From the NCBI GenBank assembly GCA_039621445.1, contig CP154954.1:496001-560000 (forward strand): a DNA stretch of 64,000 bases, written 5' to 3'. Origin of the DNA: Euglena gracilis. Its lineage: Eukaryota. The position numbers and the translations under genes are program-made. Of the stretch, positions 1-26,608 are shown piece after piece; position 1 is the first letter of the stretch, and every line of letters starts with the position of its first letter. The notes beneath the pieces were generated by a model, which was not told the DNA's origin, ran no database searches, and saw nothing but the letters and a program-made list of their open reading frames with translations.

Positions 1-2
1 AA

Positions 3-88
3 AGGAGAAGAAGGGATTTGAACCCTCGGTGTTTATTAGACACACTCGATTAGCAATCGAGCTCTTTCGACCACTCAGACACTTCTCC
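3..88 (-). tRNA. trnS: tRNA-Ser(GCU)
   Basis: Reverse complement GGAGAAGTGTCTGAGTGG...CTCGATTGCTAATCGAG, long variable arm, GGTTCAAATCC. Confidence 0.95.
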
Positions 89-102
89 AATATTTTATTT
101 TC

Positions 103-174
103 CTGAGGCGGGAGGATTCGAACCTCCGAATGACAGGGCCAAAACCCGTTGCCTTACCACTTGGCTACGCCTCA
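103..174 (-). tRNA. trnQ: tRNA-Gln(UUG)
   Basis: Reverse complement TGAGGCGTAGCCAAGTGGTAAGGCAACGGGTTTTGGCCCTG...GGTTCGAATCC. Confidence 0.95.
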
Positions 175-237
175 AACTTTGTATTTATGTATAAAGAATT
201 TTAGTTGAAAACTATCGAATTTTTAGTTTTCAACTTT

Positions 238-1156
238 TTAATACCCTTTTATTGGCACATTTAAAAATGATGCTATTTCACTTGCTTGTTTTTCTAAATC
301 ACTTATTTTTATTGGATTTGATAATTGTATTATTGGAAGATCATTTTTATCTTTAATACGCAAAAAAACATTTTGTTTTACATTAAAGTACTCATTTTTT
401 ATTTCAATTCTAATTCCTTCATTAAAATAATTTTTTAAACTTTTTTTTGAACTGTATGTGCTTTTTGCAGACAGCTCGTTTTTTTGACTCTTTTTAAATT
501 TTCTTTTCGAATTTTTAAGTTTAATGATTATGCAATAATATTTTTATTTTTTATTAAATTTTATATTTTAATGATTTATTTTTTATTCTATTTTTGACAT
601 ATTAAAATGTTTGTAATACTTTTGATTCTTGGTTTATATTTATAATTATATTTTTTTAGTTAATTACTTATATATTTTATTGAGACGTATATTAATTGCA
701 GTTATCTCATTCTTTTACTATGTCTTTAAGTGAATACGTTATATTTATATCAGAATTTTTTCCTTGTTTACCCTTTCGGTAAATTGTCATTAAATTTAAC
801 TCTTTGTTGAATTCGTTATAACCTTCGCCAACTCCGTTTAAAATTATACTTATTTGATTTATACTAAATAAAATTCCGCAAGTACCATAAAAACACATTG
901 TTATTCCTTGAGGAAAAAATATTATTTCGCTTGCGTCTAAAAAATATATTAGATTATTTCCTATATAACTTGATATTCCTACTATTAAAAATCCGATTCC
1001 TCCTAATAACATTACAATATTATAAAACCATTTTATTATTTTATTATTTTCTTTTATTTCTTGACGCAATATTTTTGGGAGGTTTATTTGTTTTTGTTTT
1101 GCTTTTATATTTTCATTTTTTGAAAGTGTCATATTATTTATATCTCTTAGATTCAT
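238..1156 (-). CDS. ycf4: Photosystem I assembly protein Ycf4, 2 exons (copy 1)
   Basis: Motifs GISSY, FFPQGITMCFYG, GVGEGYNEF. Exon 2 (~420-238) ends QASEIASFLNVPIKGY*. Intron ~298 nt. Confidence 0.93.
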
Positions 1157-1163
1157 AAATTAA

Positions 1164-2617
1164 TTATTGTATTATTGATAAAACAACGCCGGCACCCACA
1201 GTTCTACCACCTTCTCTAATTGCAAATCTCATACCTTTTTTCCAATATGTTTTATTTGATATAATTTAAACGAAAGTTTTTATTTTCTTTTATTTTATTT
1301 TATTTTATTTTATTTTATTTTATTTTATTTTATTTTATTTTATTTTATTAAACGACACTTCTATTGCAATGGGTTGTATTAATTCTACTTTCATTTTTAT
1401 TCTATCCCCAGGCATTACCATTTGCGCAGGATTATCATTGTCTGATCTAAATGATTCGATTTTTCCAGTTACATCTGTTGTACGTACATAAAACTGTGGT
1501 CTATATCCTTCAAAAAAAGGTGTATGTCTTCCCCCCTCTTCTTTAGTAAGAATGTATACTTGGGAATCAAATTTTGTATGTGGATTTATTGTTCTTGGTT
1601 TTGCTAATACCATTCCTCGTTCAACATCATTTTTTTGTATACCTCTTAATAAAACTCCAACGTTGTCTCCTGCAAGAGCTTCATCTAAACTTTTTTGAAA
1701 CATTTCTAGTCCTGTTATTGTTGTGGAACGTGTGTCTTTTAATCCTACAAGTTCTACTGTCTCACCTACTTTTATTGTTCCACGTTCCACACGTCCTGTT
1801 GCTACAGTTCCTCTTCCTGTAATTGATAAAACGTCTTCAATAGCCATAAGGAAATCTTTTTCTGTATCTCTTGTAGGTGTAGGTATATAAGAATCTACTT
1901 GATCCATTAAGTTTAATATTTTATCCACCCACTTGTTTTCTCCTTTAGTAATTTTAGGATTTTTTGTTAATGCTTCAACAGATAATAGGGCTGATCCAGG
2001 TATAACAGGAATATCGTCTCCTGGAAACTCGTAATTACTTAGAGTTTCTCGAATTTCTAATTCAACTAATTCTAATAGTTCACTATCGTTTTTGATGGAA
2101 TATTTTCTTCATTTAATTTTAAAATTAATTTTATTTTTTATATGTTTTTTTAAGTTTCTCTTTTAGTGAAGGTTTTTAATTTTTAAGCTTATTCTACTTG
2201 GTCTTCTTTATTTAAAAAAACAACGATGTTAGGTACTCCTACTTGTTTTGCTAAAAGAATATGTTCTTTAGTTTGTGGCATTGGTCCATCCGCCGCCGAA
2301 ACGACTAGTATCGCTCCATCCATTTGAGCAGCTCCTGTTATCATATTTTTTACATAATCCGCATGCCCTGGGCAATCTACATGTGCATAATGTCGATTTT
2401 TTGTTTCATATTCTACATGTGCTGTATTTATAGTTATTCCTCGGGCTTTTTCTTCTGGAGCTGAATCAATATCTTCATATCTTTTGGCTTTTGAATTTCC
2501 TGTTGCAGCTAGAGCCATAGTTATTGCCGCTGTTAAAGTAGTTTTTCCATGGTCAACATGTCCAATTGTGCCTATGTTAATATGTGGCTTAGTTCTTTCA
2601 AATTTCTGACGAGCCAT
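1164..2617 (-). CDS. tufA: Elongation factor Tu, 3 exons, 2 group III introns (copy 1)
   Basis: [18 protein letters not shown]-terminal [16 protein letters not shown]. Confidence 0.98.
1281..1350. repeat. (TTTTA)n microsatellite in tufA intron 2
   Basis: About 14 pentamer units here (one variant unit); about 12 in the mirror copy at 27876-27935. Confidence 0.9.
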
Positions 2618-2788
2618 TTTTTATTTTTTGTTTTCTTTTATGAAACTTTTTTTTTGAAAAAATTTTATTATCTTAAAATTAATAAAATTTTTATTTTATT
2701 TAAAATATTTAATTAACTCATTTTATTAGAAAGATTTTGGTCAAATTTTATTTTTTATTTTTTTTAACGCTTAAAAAATTTATATATA

Positions 2789-3259
2789 TTAAAATTTCAT
2801 ATTTGAGAATGCTTTATTTGCTTCAGCTGTTTTATGTATCTCCTCTTTTTTTTTTACAGCTTCACCTGTGTTATTCGATGCATCAATTATTTCATTTTTT
2901 AGTTTTGTGGATATTCCTCTTCCTTTTCTTTCTCTAGCTTTTTCTATTATGAATTTTAATGCTAAGCTAGTTCCACGATCTTCTTTTACTTCTACAGGAA
3001 CTTGATATATTGTTCTTCCGATACGACGCTTTCTTGTTTCCATTTGTGGAGATGCTTTTTTTATCGCTTTTCTTAGAATGTCTAAGGGGTCTTTTTTATA
3101 AATTTCCTGTATATTTTTCATTGTTTCATAAAAAATATACTGAGCTAGAGTTTTTTTTCCATTCAATAATATTTTATTAATTACTTTACTTGCTAAAGTA
3201 CTGTTATAGATAGGATCTTGTGATATTATTCTTTTTTTTGCTCTTCTTCTTCGAGACAT
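2789..3259 (-). CDS. rps7: 30S ribosomal protein S7 (intact copy)
   Basis: MSRR...DPIYNS...YQVPVEV...AEANKAF. Confidence 0.97.
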   Translation of the reverse strand: MSRRRRAKKRIISQDPIYNSTLASKVINKILLNGKKTLAQYIFYETMKNIQEIYKKDPLDILRKAIKKASPQMETRKRRIGRTIYQVPVEVKEDRGTSLALKFIIEKARERKGRGISTKLKNEIIDASNNTGEAVKKKEEIHKTAEANKAFSNMKF

Positions 3260-3336
3260 ATATATAAGTTAAATTTCTATTTTTCTAAATTTCTTTTTCA
3301 ACTTTAGTGTTTTATTTTAGTTAATTTGGGTTGGTT

Positions 3337-3714
3337 TTATTTGGGTTTTGGTTTTTTTACACCGTATTTAGATCTTGCATTTTTGCGATTTTTTACACTT
3401 GCTGCGTCTAAACATCCACGTATTACGTGGTACTTTACTCCTGGTAAATCTTTAACTCTTCCACCTCTGATAAGGACTACTGAATGTTCTTGTAAATTAT
3501 GCCCTATTCCTGGTATATAAGCTGTAACTTCTAACCCTGAAGAAAGTCTTACCCTTGTTACTTTGCGCAAGGCGGAATTTGGTTTTTTTGGTGTTGTTGT
3601 GTAAACCCGCATGCATATTGCGCGTTTTTGCGGGCATCCTTTTAATGCTGGTGATTTAGTTTTTCGTTTTATTTTTTTTCTCGGTGAGCGTGTTAATTGT
3701 TCTATTGTAGGCAT
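3337..3714 (-). CDS. rps12: 30S ribosomal protein S12 (copy 1)
   Basis: [21 protein letters not shown]. Confidence 0.99.
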   Translation of the reverse strand: MPTIEQLTRSPRKKIKRKTKSPALKGCPQKRAICMRVYTTTPKKPNSALRKVTRVRLSSGLEVTAYIPGIGHNLQEHSVVLIRGGRVKDLPGVKYHVIRGCLDAASVKNRKNARSKYGVKKPKPK

Positions 3715-4490
3715 TTTAGTTTTTTATTCTATTTTAGGGTAATATTTATTTTGCTTTAAAATATTTTTATCTATTTTTTCTTGCGTTTTTTTTTTTAATC
3801 ATCTTTTTGTTATGTGCGTAGGTTTTCTTTCGAAATAACAATTTATAAATTTACTTTTTTATATTTATATTTATATTCTAAAAAGAATTCTTTTTTTCAT
3901 CATAAATTTTTACTATTACATAGGTTATGTTTGATTTAGTTATTAGTTTTAATTTCTTTATTTTTTCAAATTTCCCAATGCATTAAAATGTTTTACTAAT
4001 ACGTATTTATTATTTTTATTTTTATAGTTTTGTATGATACATTATTATACATATTTTATCTATGCACGTATATTTTTTCCTACTCGTTTTTTGTATGATA
4101 AATAGAATATTAAAATATATTCTTTATTTTTACGTTTTAATCGTAAGTAATTTTCTTCGCTATTTAAAATTTTTGATATATTATTTCTTTTTTTTTCCCA
4201 ATATTAATTCTAAAAAATCAGGATATGAAAAAGCCTAATATGAATTTCTTTTTTATAATTTTTAATAATTTACTTTTTTTTGTCTTCTTTTATTGCAGTA
4301 ATTTTGAAATTTCTTAGGTTAGCTATTTCTTGGTCATAATCTTATTTCAATATTTTTAATGCAGATTTTCCTTTTACTTGTTTTAAAAACCAACAAAATA
4401 ATTTTTTATCATATTATTTCCGGAAGTAGTTTTTTTTATTACCATATTACCCATTCGTTCGATAGTAAGAATTTTTCCTTTTTTTGGATT

Positions 4491-4866
4491 TCATAAGTTA
4501 ATTCCTGTTGATTTCATAATAGGTTTTGATAAATGACTGAATGATTTAGAATCTCTAACGTTTATTTCAGAAAGTAGTTTTTTGTTTACATAGGTTTTCG
4601 TTTTTCTAAGAAAAGATACGAAAATATTATATTTTTCATTTATGGTTAGATAGTATTTTAGTCCACCATTTATTCTTGTTATCCACAATGTTTTATTTAG
4701 ATTTTTTTTTTTTTTTTCGGTCATAAAAAGCATAGTGTCTAGCTTTCATTAACTGTTGATTTCCTGTTCGAAAAAGTTTCGAATGTCCTCCAACCCATCC
4801 TTTCATTTTTGATATTTTTCTTTTTCGCTTTTTTTTACTTATACCATTATTTTTGATTCGTGTCAT
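4491..4866 (-). CDS. rpl20: 50S ribosomal protein L20, frameshifted at an A16 run (copy 1)
   Basis: MTRIKNNG...KGWVGGHSKLFR...AFYDRKKK, then in a shifted frame LWITRIN...VNKKLLSEI. Span 376 nt (3n+1). Confidence 0.88.
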
Positions 4867-5135
4867 ATGTATTTTGTTGATTAAAGTATTCCTAGAAATT
4901 AAATTTTAAACATAATTCCTTTTGAATTTTTTACCTCTTTTATTGTATGTTTTACTTTAGATTATTTTATTTTTGTACTTTTTTTTGCACTAACAAAATT
5001 TTTTTCAGAATAATAATAATGATGGTTAGCTTTCTACAAACTTGCGTAATGTTTTTTTTAATAAAAATTCACATTTTTATTATAATGAAGTCTGTTTTTT
5101 TGTCACTATTTATATATTATGTTATTATTATTCTT

Positions 5136-5297
5136 ATGTTGATATTAAAAGTATTTGTATACGCTTTGATTTTAATTTTTGTTTCATTATTTGTTTTTGG
5201 ACTTTTGTCTAACGATCCTGGTCGTAACCCATATGATGATACAGGCGAGTTAATGAGGGAAGTCTTTTATAAAGATCCTTATAAAGGACCTTTATAA
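5136..5297 (+). CDS. psbI: Photosystem II protein I, 53 aa with C-terminal extension (copy 1)
   Basis: [32 protein letters not shown]. True start is inside the 116 aa ORF. Confidence 0.95.
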   Translation: MLILKVFVYALILIFVSLFVFGLLSNDPGRNPYDDTGELMREVFYKDPYKGPL

Positions 5298-5371
5298 TTT
5301 AATATTTAATTTTTATTATTATAAATAATAATCTTGTTGTATGATTATTTGATAATCATATAATATTTTTA

Positions 5372-5444
5372 GGGATTGTAGTTTAATGGTTAGAGCACCG
5401 CCCTGTCACGGCGGAAGTTGCGGGTTCGAGTCCCGTCAGTCCCG
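5372..5444 (+). tRNA. trnD: tRNA-Asp(GUC)
   Basis: GGGATTGTAGTTTAATGGTTAGAGCACCGCCCTGTCACGGCGG...GGTTCGAGTCC. Confidence 0.96.
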
Positions 5445-5514
5445 TTCCCTTTTTTATAAGTTTTTTTAAATATTTAGTTTTTTGGATGATAAAATAAAAT
5501 TTTTATAGTTATCC

Positions 5515-6001
5515 ATGGTTGAAACTCTTGTGTGGTTCTATTTATCGCAAAGTTTTATTTGCTTATTGTTTTATTTAAAGAGTATTTATATTTTTTAAGT
5601 ATTATTATTAAAAATAATGTTTAGCTTTAACTATAATTAAAACTTTGAAAATTATTATGTTCATTTTTTGTATTGTGCGTTAATGTTTTTGCGAAAACGT
5701 TCACAGATTTTTATTATTTATTCTTTAAAATACATTTTTATATTAATAATTTTAATATTTAATGAAAAATTTTTTATGACTTAAAAAGTTTATATTTGAA
5801 ATAGTTTTTAAGCTGGGTGTTTGTTTATTTTGGCCTCCCTAGTTTTTTAGAGAGATAAAAATTATTTTTTCATTTGACTTGGATATAATGTATCTACTTT
5901 AATTGTCAGGTATTATTTTAGGATTAATTCCAATAACTATTTGTGGTTTGTTTTTTACGGCGTATTTACAATATATGCGAAGTGGTAATTCTTTTTATTA
6001 A
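5515..6001 (+). CDS. petG: Cytochrome b6/f subunit V, 2 exons (copy 1)
   Basis: Exons ~5515-5529 and ~5903-6001 give [37 protein letters not shown]. Intron begins GTGTG. Confidence 0.92.
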
Positions 6002-6048
6002 ATAAAACTTAAGTTCTAATTACATTTATAATTTATTTAACTTTAAGT

Positions 6049-6121
6049 GAGTTGGTAGCTCAGTTGGTAGAGCACTCGGCTTTTAACCGATCGGTCCTGG
6101 GTTCGAATCCCAGCCAACTCA
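6049..6121 (+). tRNA. trnK: tRNA-Lys(UUU)
   Basis: GAGTTGGTAGCTCAGTTGGTAGAGCACTCGGCTTTTAACCGA...GGTTCGAATCC. Confidence 0.96.
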
Positions 6122-6138
6122 TTTTTAATTTTGTGTAG

Positions 6139-9818
<3,680 letters not shown>

Positions 9819-9829
9819 TTATATCTTAA

Positions 9830-14464
<4,635 letters not shown>

Positions 14465-14706
14465 TAATTTTTTTATAGTTATTTGTTTTTAACTCTATTT
14501 TGAATATATAAATCAAGTTAGTTATATGTTTTATAGTAAATTAATTTACAAAGTGTGAAAATTAAGCTTTTATATTTATTGGATTTTAAATTTCCTTCAG
14601 TAAATAAATCGGCGGTAATCTTCTAACTATAACTAGCACTTTTGTTGTGGTTTTGTTGTTTATATATTCAAAATAGAGTTAAAAACAAATAACTATAAAA
14701 AAATTA

Positions 14707-19341
<4,635 letters not shown>

Positions 19342-19352
19342 TTAAGATATAA

Positions 19353-23032
<3,680 letters not shown>

Positions 23033-23049
23033 CTACACAAAATTAAAAA

Positions 23050-23122
23050 TGAGTTGGCTGGGATTCGAACCCAGGACCGATCGGTTAAAAGCCGAGTGCT
23101 CTACCAACTGAGCTACCAACTC
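23050..23122 (-). tRNA. trnK: tRNA-Lys(UUU) (copy 2)
   Basis: Mirror of 6049-6121. Confidence 0.96.
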
Positions 23123-23169
23123 ACTTAAAGTTAAATAAATTATAAATGTAATTAGAACTTAAGTTTTAT

Positions 23170-23655
23170 TTAATAAAAAGAATTACCACTTCGCATATAT
23201 TGTAAATACGCCGTAAAAAACAAACCACAAATAGTTATTGGAATTAATCCTAAAATAATACCTGACAATTAAAGTAGATACATTATATCCAAGTCAAATG
23301 AAAAAATAATTTTTATCTCTCTAAAAACTAGGGAGGCCAAAATAAACAAACACCCAGCTTAAAAACTATTTCAAATATAAACTTTTTAAGTCATAAAAAA
23401 TTTTTCATTAAATATTAAAATTATTAATATAAAAATGTATTTTAAAGAATAAATAATAAAAATCTGTGAACGTTTTCGCAAAAACATTAACGCACAATAC
23501 AAAAAATGAACATAATAATTTTCAAAGTTTTAATTATAGTTAAAGCTAAACATTATTTTTAATAATAATACTTAAAAAATATAAATACTCTTTAAATAAA
23601 ACAATAAGCAAATAAAACTTTGCGATAAATAGAACCACACAAGAGTTTCAACCAT
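23170..23655 (-). CDS. petG: PetG, 2 exons (copy 2)
   Basis: Mirror of 5515-6001. Confidence 0.92.
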
Positions 23656-23724
23656 GGATAACTATAAAAATTTTATTTTATCATCCAAAAAACTAAATAT
23701 TTAAAAAACTTATAAAAAAGGGAA

Positions 23725-23797
23725 CGGGACTGACGGGACTCGAACCCGCAACTTCCGCCGTGACAGGGCGGTGCTCTAACCATTAAACTACAATCCC
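23725..23797 (-). tRNA. trnD: tRNA-Asp(GUC) (copy 2)
   Basis: Mirror of 5372-5444. Confidence 0.96.
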
Positions 23798-23869
23798 TAA
23801 AAATATTATATGATTATCAAATAATCATACAACAAGATTATTATTTAATAATAAAAATTAAATATTAAA

Positions 23870-24031
23870 TTATAAAGGTCCTTTATAAGGATCTTTATAA
23901 AAGACTTCCCTCATTAACTCGCCTGTATCATCATATGGGTTACGACCAGGATCGTTAGACAAAAGTCCAAAAACAAATAATGAAACAAAAATTAAAATCA
24001 AAGCGTATACAAATACTTTTAATATCAACAT
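23870..24031 (-). CDS. psbI: PsbI (copy 2)
   Basis: Mirror of 5136-5297. Confidence 0.95.
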   Translation of the reverse strand: MLILKVFVYALILIFVSLFVFGLLSNDPGRNPYDDTGELMREVFYKDPYKGPL

Positions 24032-24300
24032 AAGAATAATAATAACATAATATATAAATAGTGACAAAAAAACAGACTTCATTATAATAAAAATGTGAAT
24101 TTTTATTAAAAAAAACATTACGCAAGTTTGTAGAAAGCTAACCATCATTATTATTATTCTGAAAAAAATTTTGTTAGTGCAAAAAAAAGTACAAAAATAA
24201 AATAATCTAAAGTAAAACATACAATAAAAGAGGTAAAAAATTCAAAAGGAATTATGTTTAAAATTTAATTTCTAGGAATACTTTAATCAACAAAATACAT

Positions 24301-24676
24301 ATGACACGAATCAAAAATAATGGTATAAGTAAAAAAAAGCGAAAAAGAAAAATATCAAAAATGAAAGGATGGGTTGGAGGACATTCGAAACTTTTTCGAA
24401 CAGGAAATCAACAGTTAATGAAAGCTAGACACTATGCTTTTTATGACCGAAAAAAAAAAAAAAAATCTAAATAAAACATTGTGGATAACAAGAATAAATG
24501 GTGGACTAAAATACTATCTAACCATAAATGAAAAATATAATATTTTCGTATCTTTTCTTAGAAAAACGAAAACCTATGTAAACAAAAAACTACTTTCTGA
24601 AATAAACGTTAGAGATTCTAAATCATTCAGTCATTTATCAAAACCTATTATGAAATCAACAGGAATTAACTTATGA
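24301..24676 (+). CDS. rpl20: Ribosomal protein L20, frameshifted at A16 (copy 2)
   Basis: ATG at 24301; A-run at 24450-24465; second frame ends with TGA at 24676. Confidence 0.88.
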
Positions 24677-25452
24677 AATCCAAAAAAAGGAAAAATTCTT
24701 ACTATCGAACGAATGGGTAATATGGTAATAAAAAAAACTACTTCCGGAAATAATATGATAAAAAATTATTTTGTTGGTTTTTAAAACAAGTAAAAGGAAA
24801 ATCTGCATTAAAAATATTGAAATAAGATTATGACCAAGAAATAGCTAACCTAAGAAATTTCAAAATTACTGCAATAAAAGAAGACAAAAAAAAGTAAATT
24901 ATTAAAAATTATAAAAAAGAAATTCATATTAGGCTTTTTCATATCCTGATTTTTTAGAATTAATATTGGGAAAAAAAAAGAAATAATATATCAAAAATTT
25001 TAAATAGCGAAGAAAATTACTTACGATTAAAACGTAAAAATAAAGAATATATTTTAATATTCTATTTATCATACAAAAAACGAGTAGGAAAAAATATACG
25101 TGCATAGATAAAATATGTATAATAATGTATCATACAAAACTATAAAAATAAAAATAATAAATACGTATTAGTAAAACATTTTAATGCATTGGGAAATTTG
25201 AAAAAATAAAGAAATTAAAACTAATAACTAAATCAAACATAACCTATGTAATAGTAAAAATTTATGATGAAAAAAAGAATTCTTTTTAGAATATAAATAT
25301 AAATATAAAAAAGTAAATTTATAAATTGTTATTTCGAAAGAAAACCTACGCACATAACAAAAAGATGATTAAAAAAAAAAACGCAAGAAAAAATAGATAA
25401 AAATATTTTAAAGCAAAATAAATATTACCCTAAAATAGAATAAAAAACTAAA

Positions 25453-25830
25453 ATGCCTACAATAGAACAATTAACACGCTCACCGAGAAAAAAAATAAAA
25501 CGAAAAACTAAATCACCAGCATTAAAAGGATGCCCGCAAAAACGCGCAATATGCATGCGGGTTTACACAACAACACCAAAAAAACCAAATTCCGCCTTGC
25601 GCAAAGTAACAAGGGTAAGACTTTCTTCAGGGTTAGAAGTTACAGCTTATATACCAGGAATAGGGCATAATTTACAAGAACATTCAGTAGTCCTTATCAG
25701 AGGTGGAAGAGTTAAAGATTTACCAGGAGTAAAGTACCACGTAATACGTGGATGTTTAGACGCAGCAAGTGTAAAAAATCGCAAAAATGCAAGATCTAAA
25801 TACGGTGTAAAAAAACCAAAACCCAAATAA
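25453..25830 (+). CDS. rps12: Ribosomal protein S12 (copy 2)
   Basis: Identical 125 aa ORF. Confidence 0.99.
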   Translation: MPTIEQLTRSPRKKIKRKTKSPALKGCPQKRAICMRVYTTTPKKPNSALRKVTRVRLSSGLEVTAYIPGIGHNLQEHSVVLIRGGRVKDLPGVKYHVIRGCLDAASVKNRKNARSKYGVKKPKPK

Positions 25831-25907
25831 AACCAACCCAAATTAACTAAAATAAAACACTAAAGTTGAAAAAGAAATTTAGAAAAATAGAAATTTAACT
25901 TATATAT

Positions 25908-26438
25908 ATGTCTCGAAGAAGAAGAGCAAAAAAAAGAATAATATCACAAGATCCTATCTATAACAGTACTTTAGCAAGTAAAGTAATTAATAAAATATTA
26001 TTGAATGGAAAAAAAACTCTAGCTCAGTATATTTTTTATGAAACAATGAAAAATATACAGGAAATTTAGAAAAGCCCCTAGACATTCTAAGAAAACGATA
26101 AAAACGCATCTCCACAGAAATAAAAAAAGGACCCCTTTAGGGACATTCTAAGAAAGCGATAAAAAAAAAACGCATCTCCACAAATGGAAACAAGAAAGCG
26201 TCGTATCGGAAGAACAATATATCAAGTTCCTGTAGAAGTAAAAGAAGATCGTGGAACTAGCTTAGCATTAAAATTCATAATAGAAAAAGCTAGAGAAAGA
26301 AAAGGAAGAGGAATATCCACAAAACTAAAAAATGAAATAATTGATGCATCGAATAACACAGGTGAAGCTGTAAAAAAAAAAGAGGAGATACATAAAACAG
26401 CTGAAGCAAATAAAGCATTCTCAAATATGAAATTTTAA
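25908..26438 (+). CDS. rps7: Ribosomal protein S7 (copy 2, broken by a noisy ~60 nt tandem duplication)
   Basis: ATG at 25908; duplicated segment ~26061-26183; C-terminal 84 aa intact. Confidence 0.92.
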
Positions 26439-26608
26439 TATATATAAATTTTTTAAGCGTTAAAAAAAATAAAAAATAAAATTTGACCAAAATCTTTCTA
26501 ATAAAATGAGTTAATTAAATATTTTAAATAAAATAAAAATTTTATTAATTTTAAGATAATAAAATTTTTTCAAAAAAAAAGTTTCATAAAAGAAAACAAA
26601 AAATAAAA

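Noticed and set aside
898-1158. Antisense or alternative-frame ORFs (898, 1574, 2737, 3326, 10092, 34212, 37047 and their mirrors)
   Set aside because: Shadows of real genes; Leu/Phe richness is explained by strand skew.
3337-3714. Streptomycin-resistance allele in rps12
   Set aside because: TPKKPNS and RVKDLPG motifs are wild type.
4947-5135. N-terminal extension of psbI (116 aa ORF)
   Set aside because: Homology starts at ATG 5136; the upstream part is T-rich spacer between divergent genes.
5670-5690. Internal GTGCG in the petG intron as a twintron start
   Set aside because: Only one domain V-like hairpin is visible and the intron is only ~373 nt; insufficient support.
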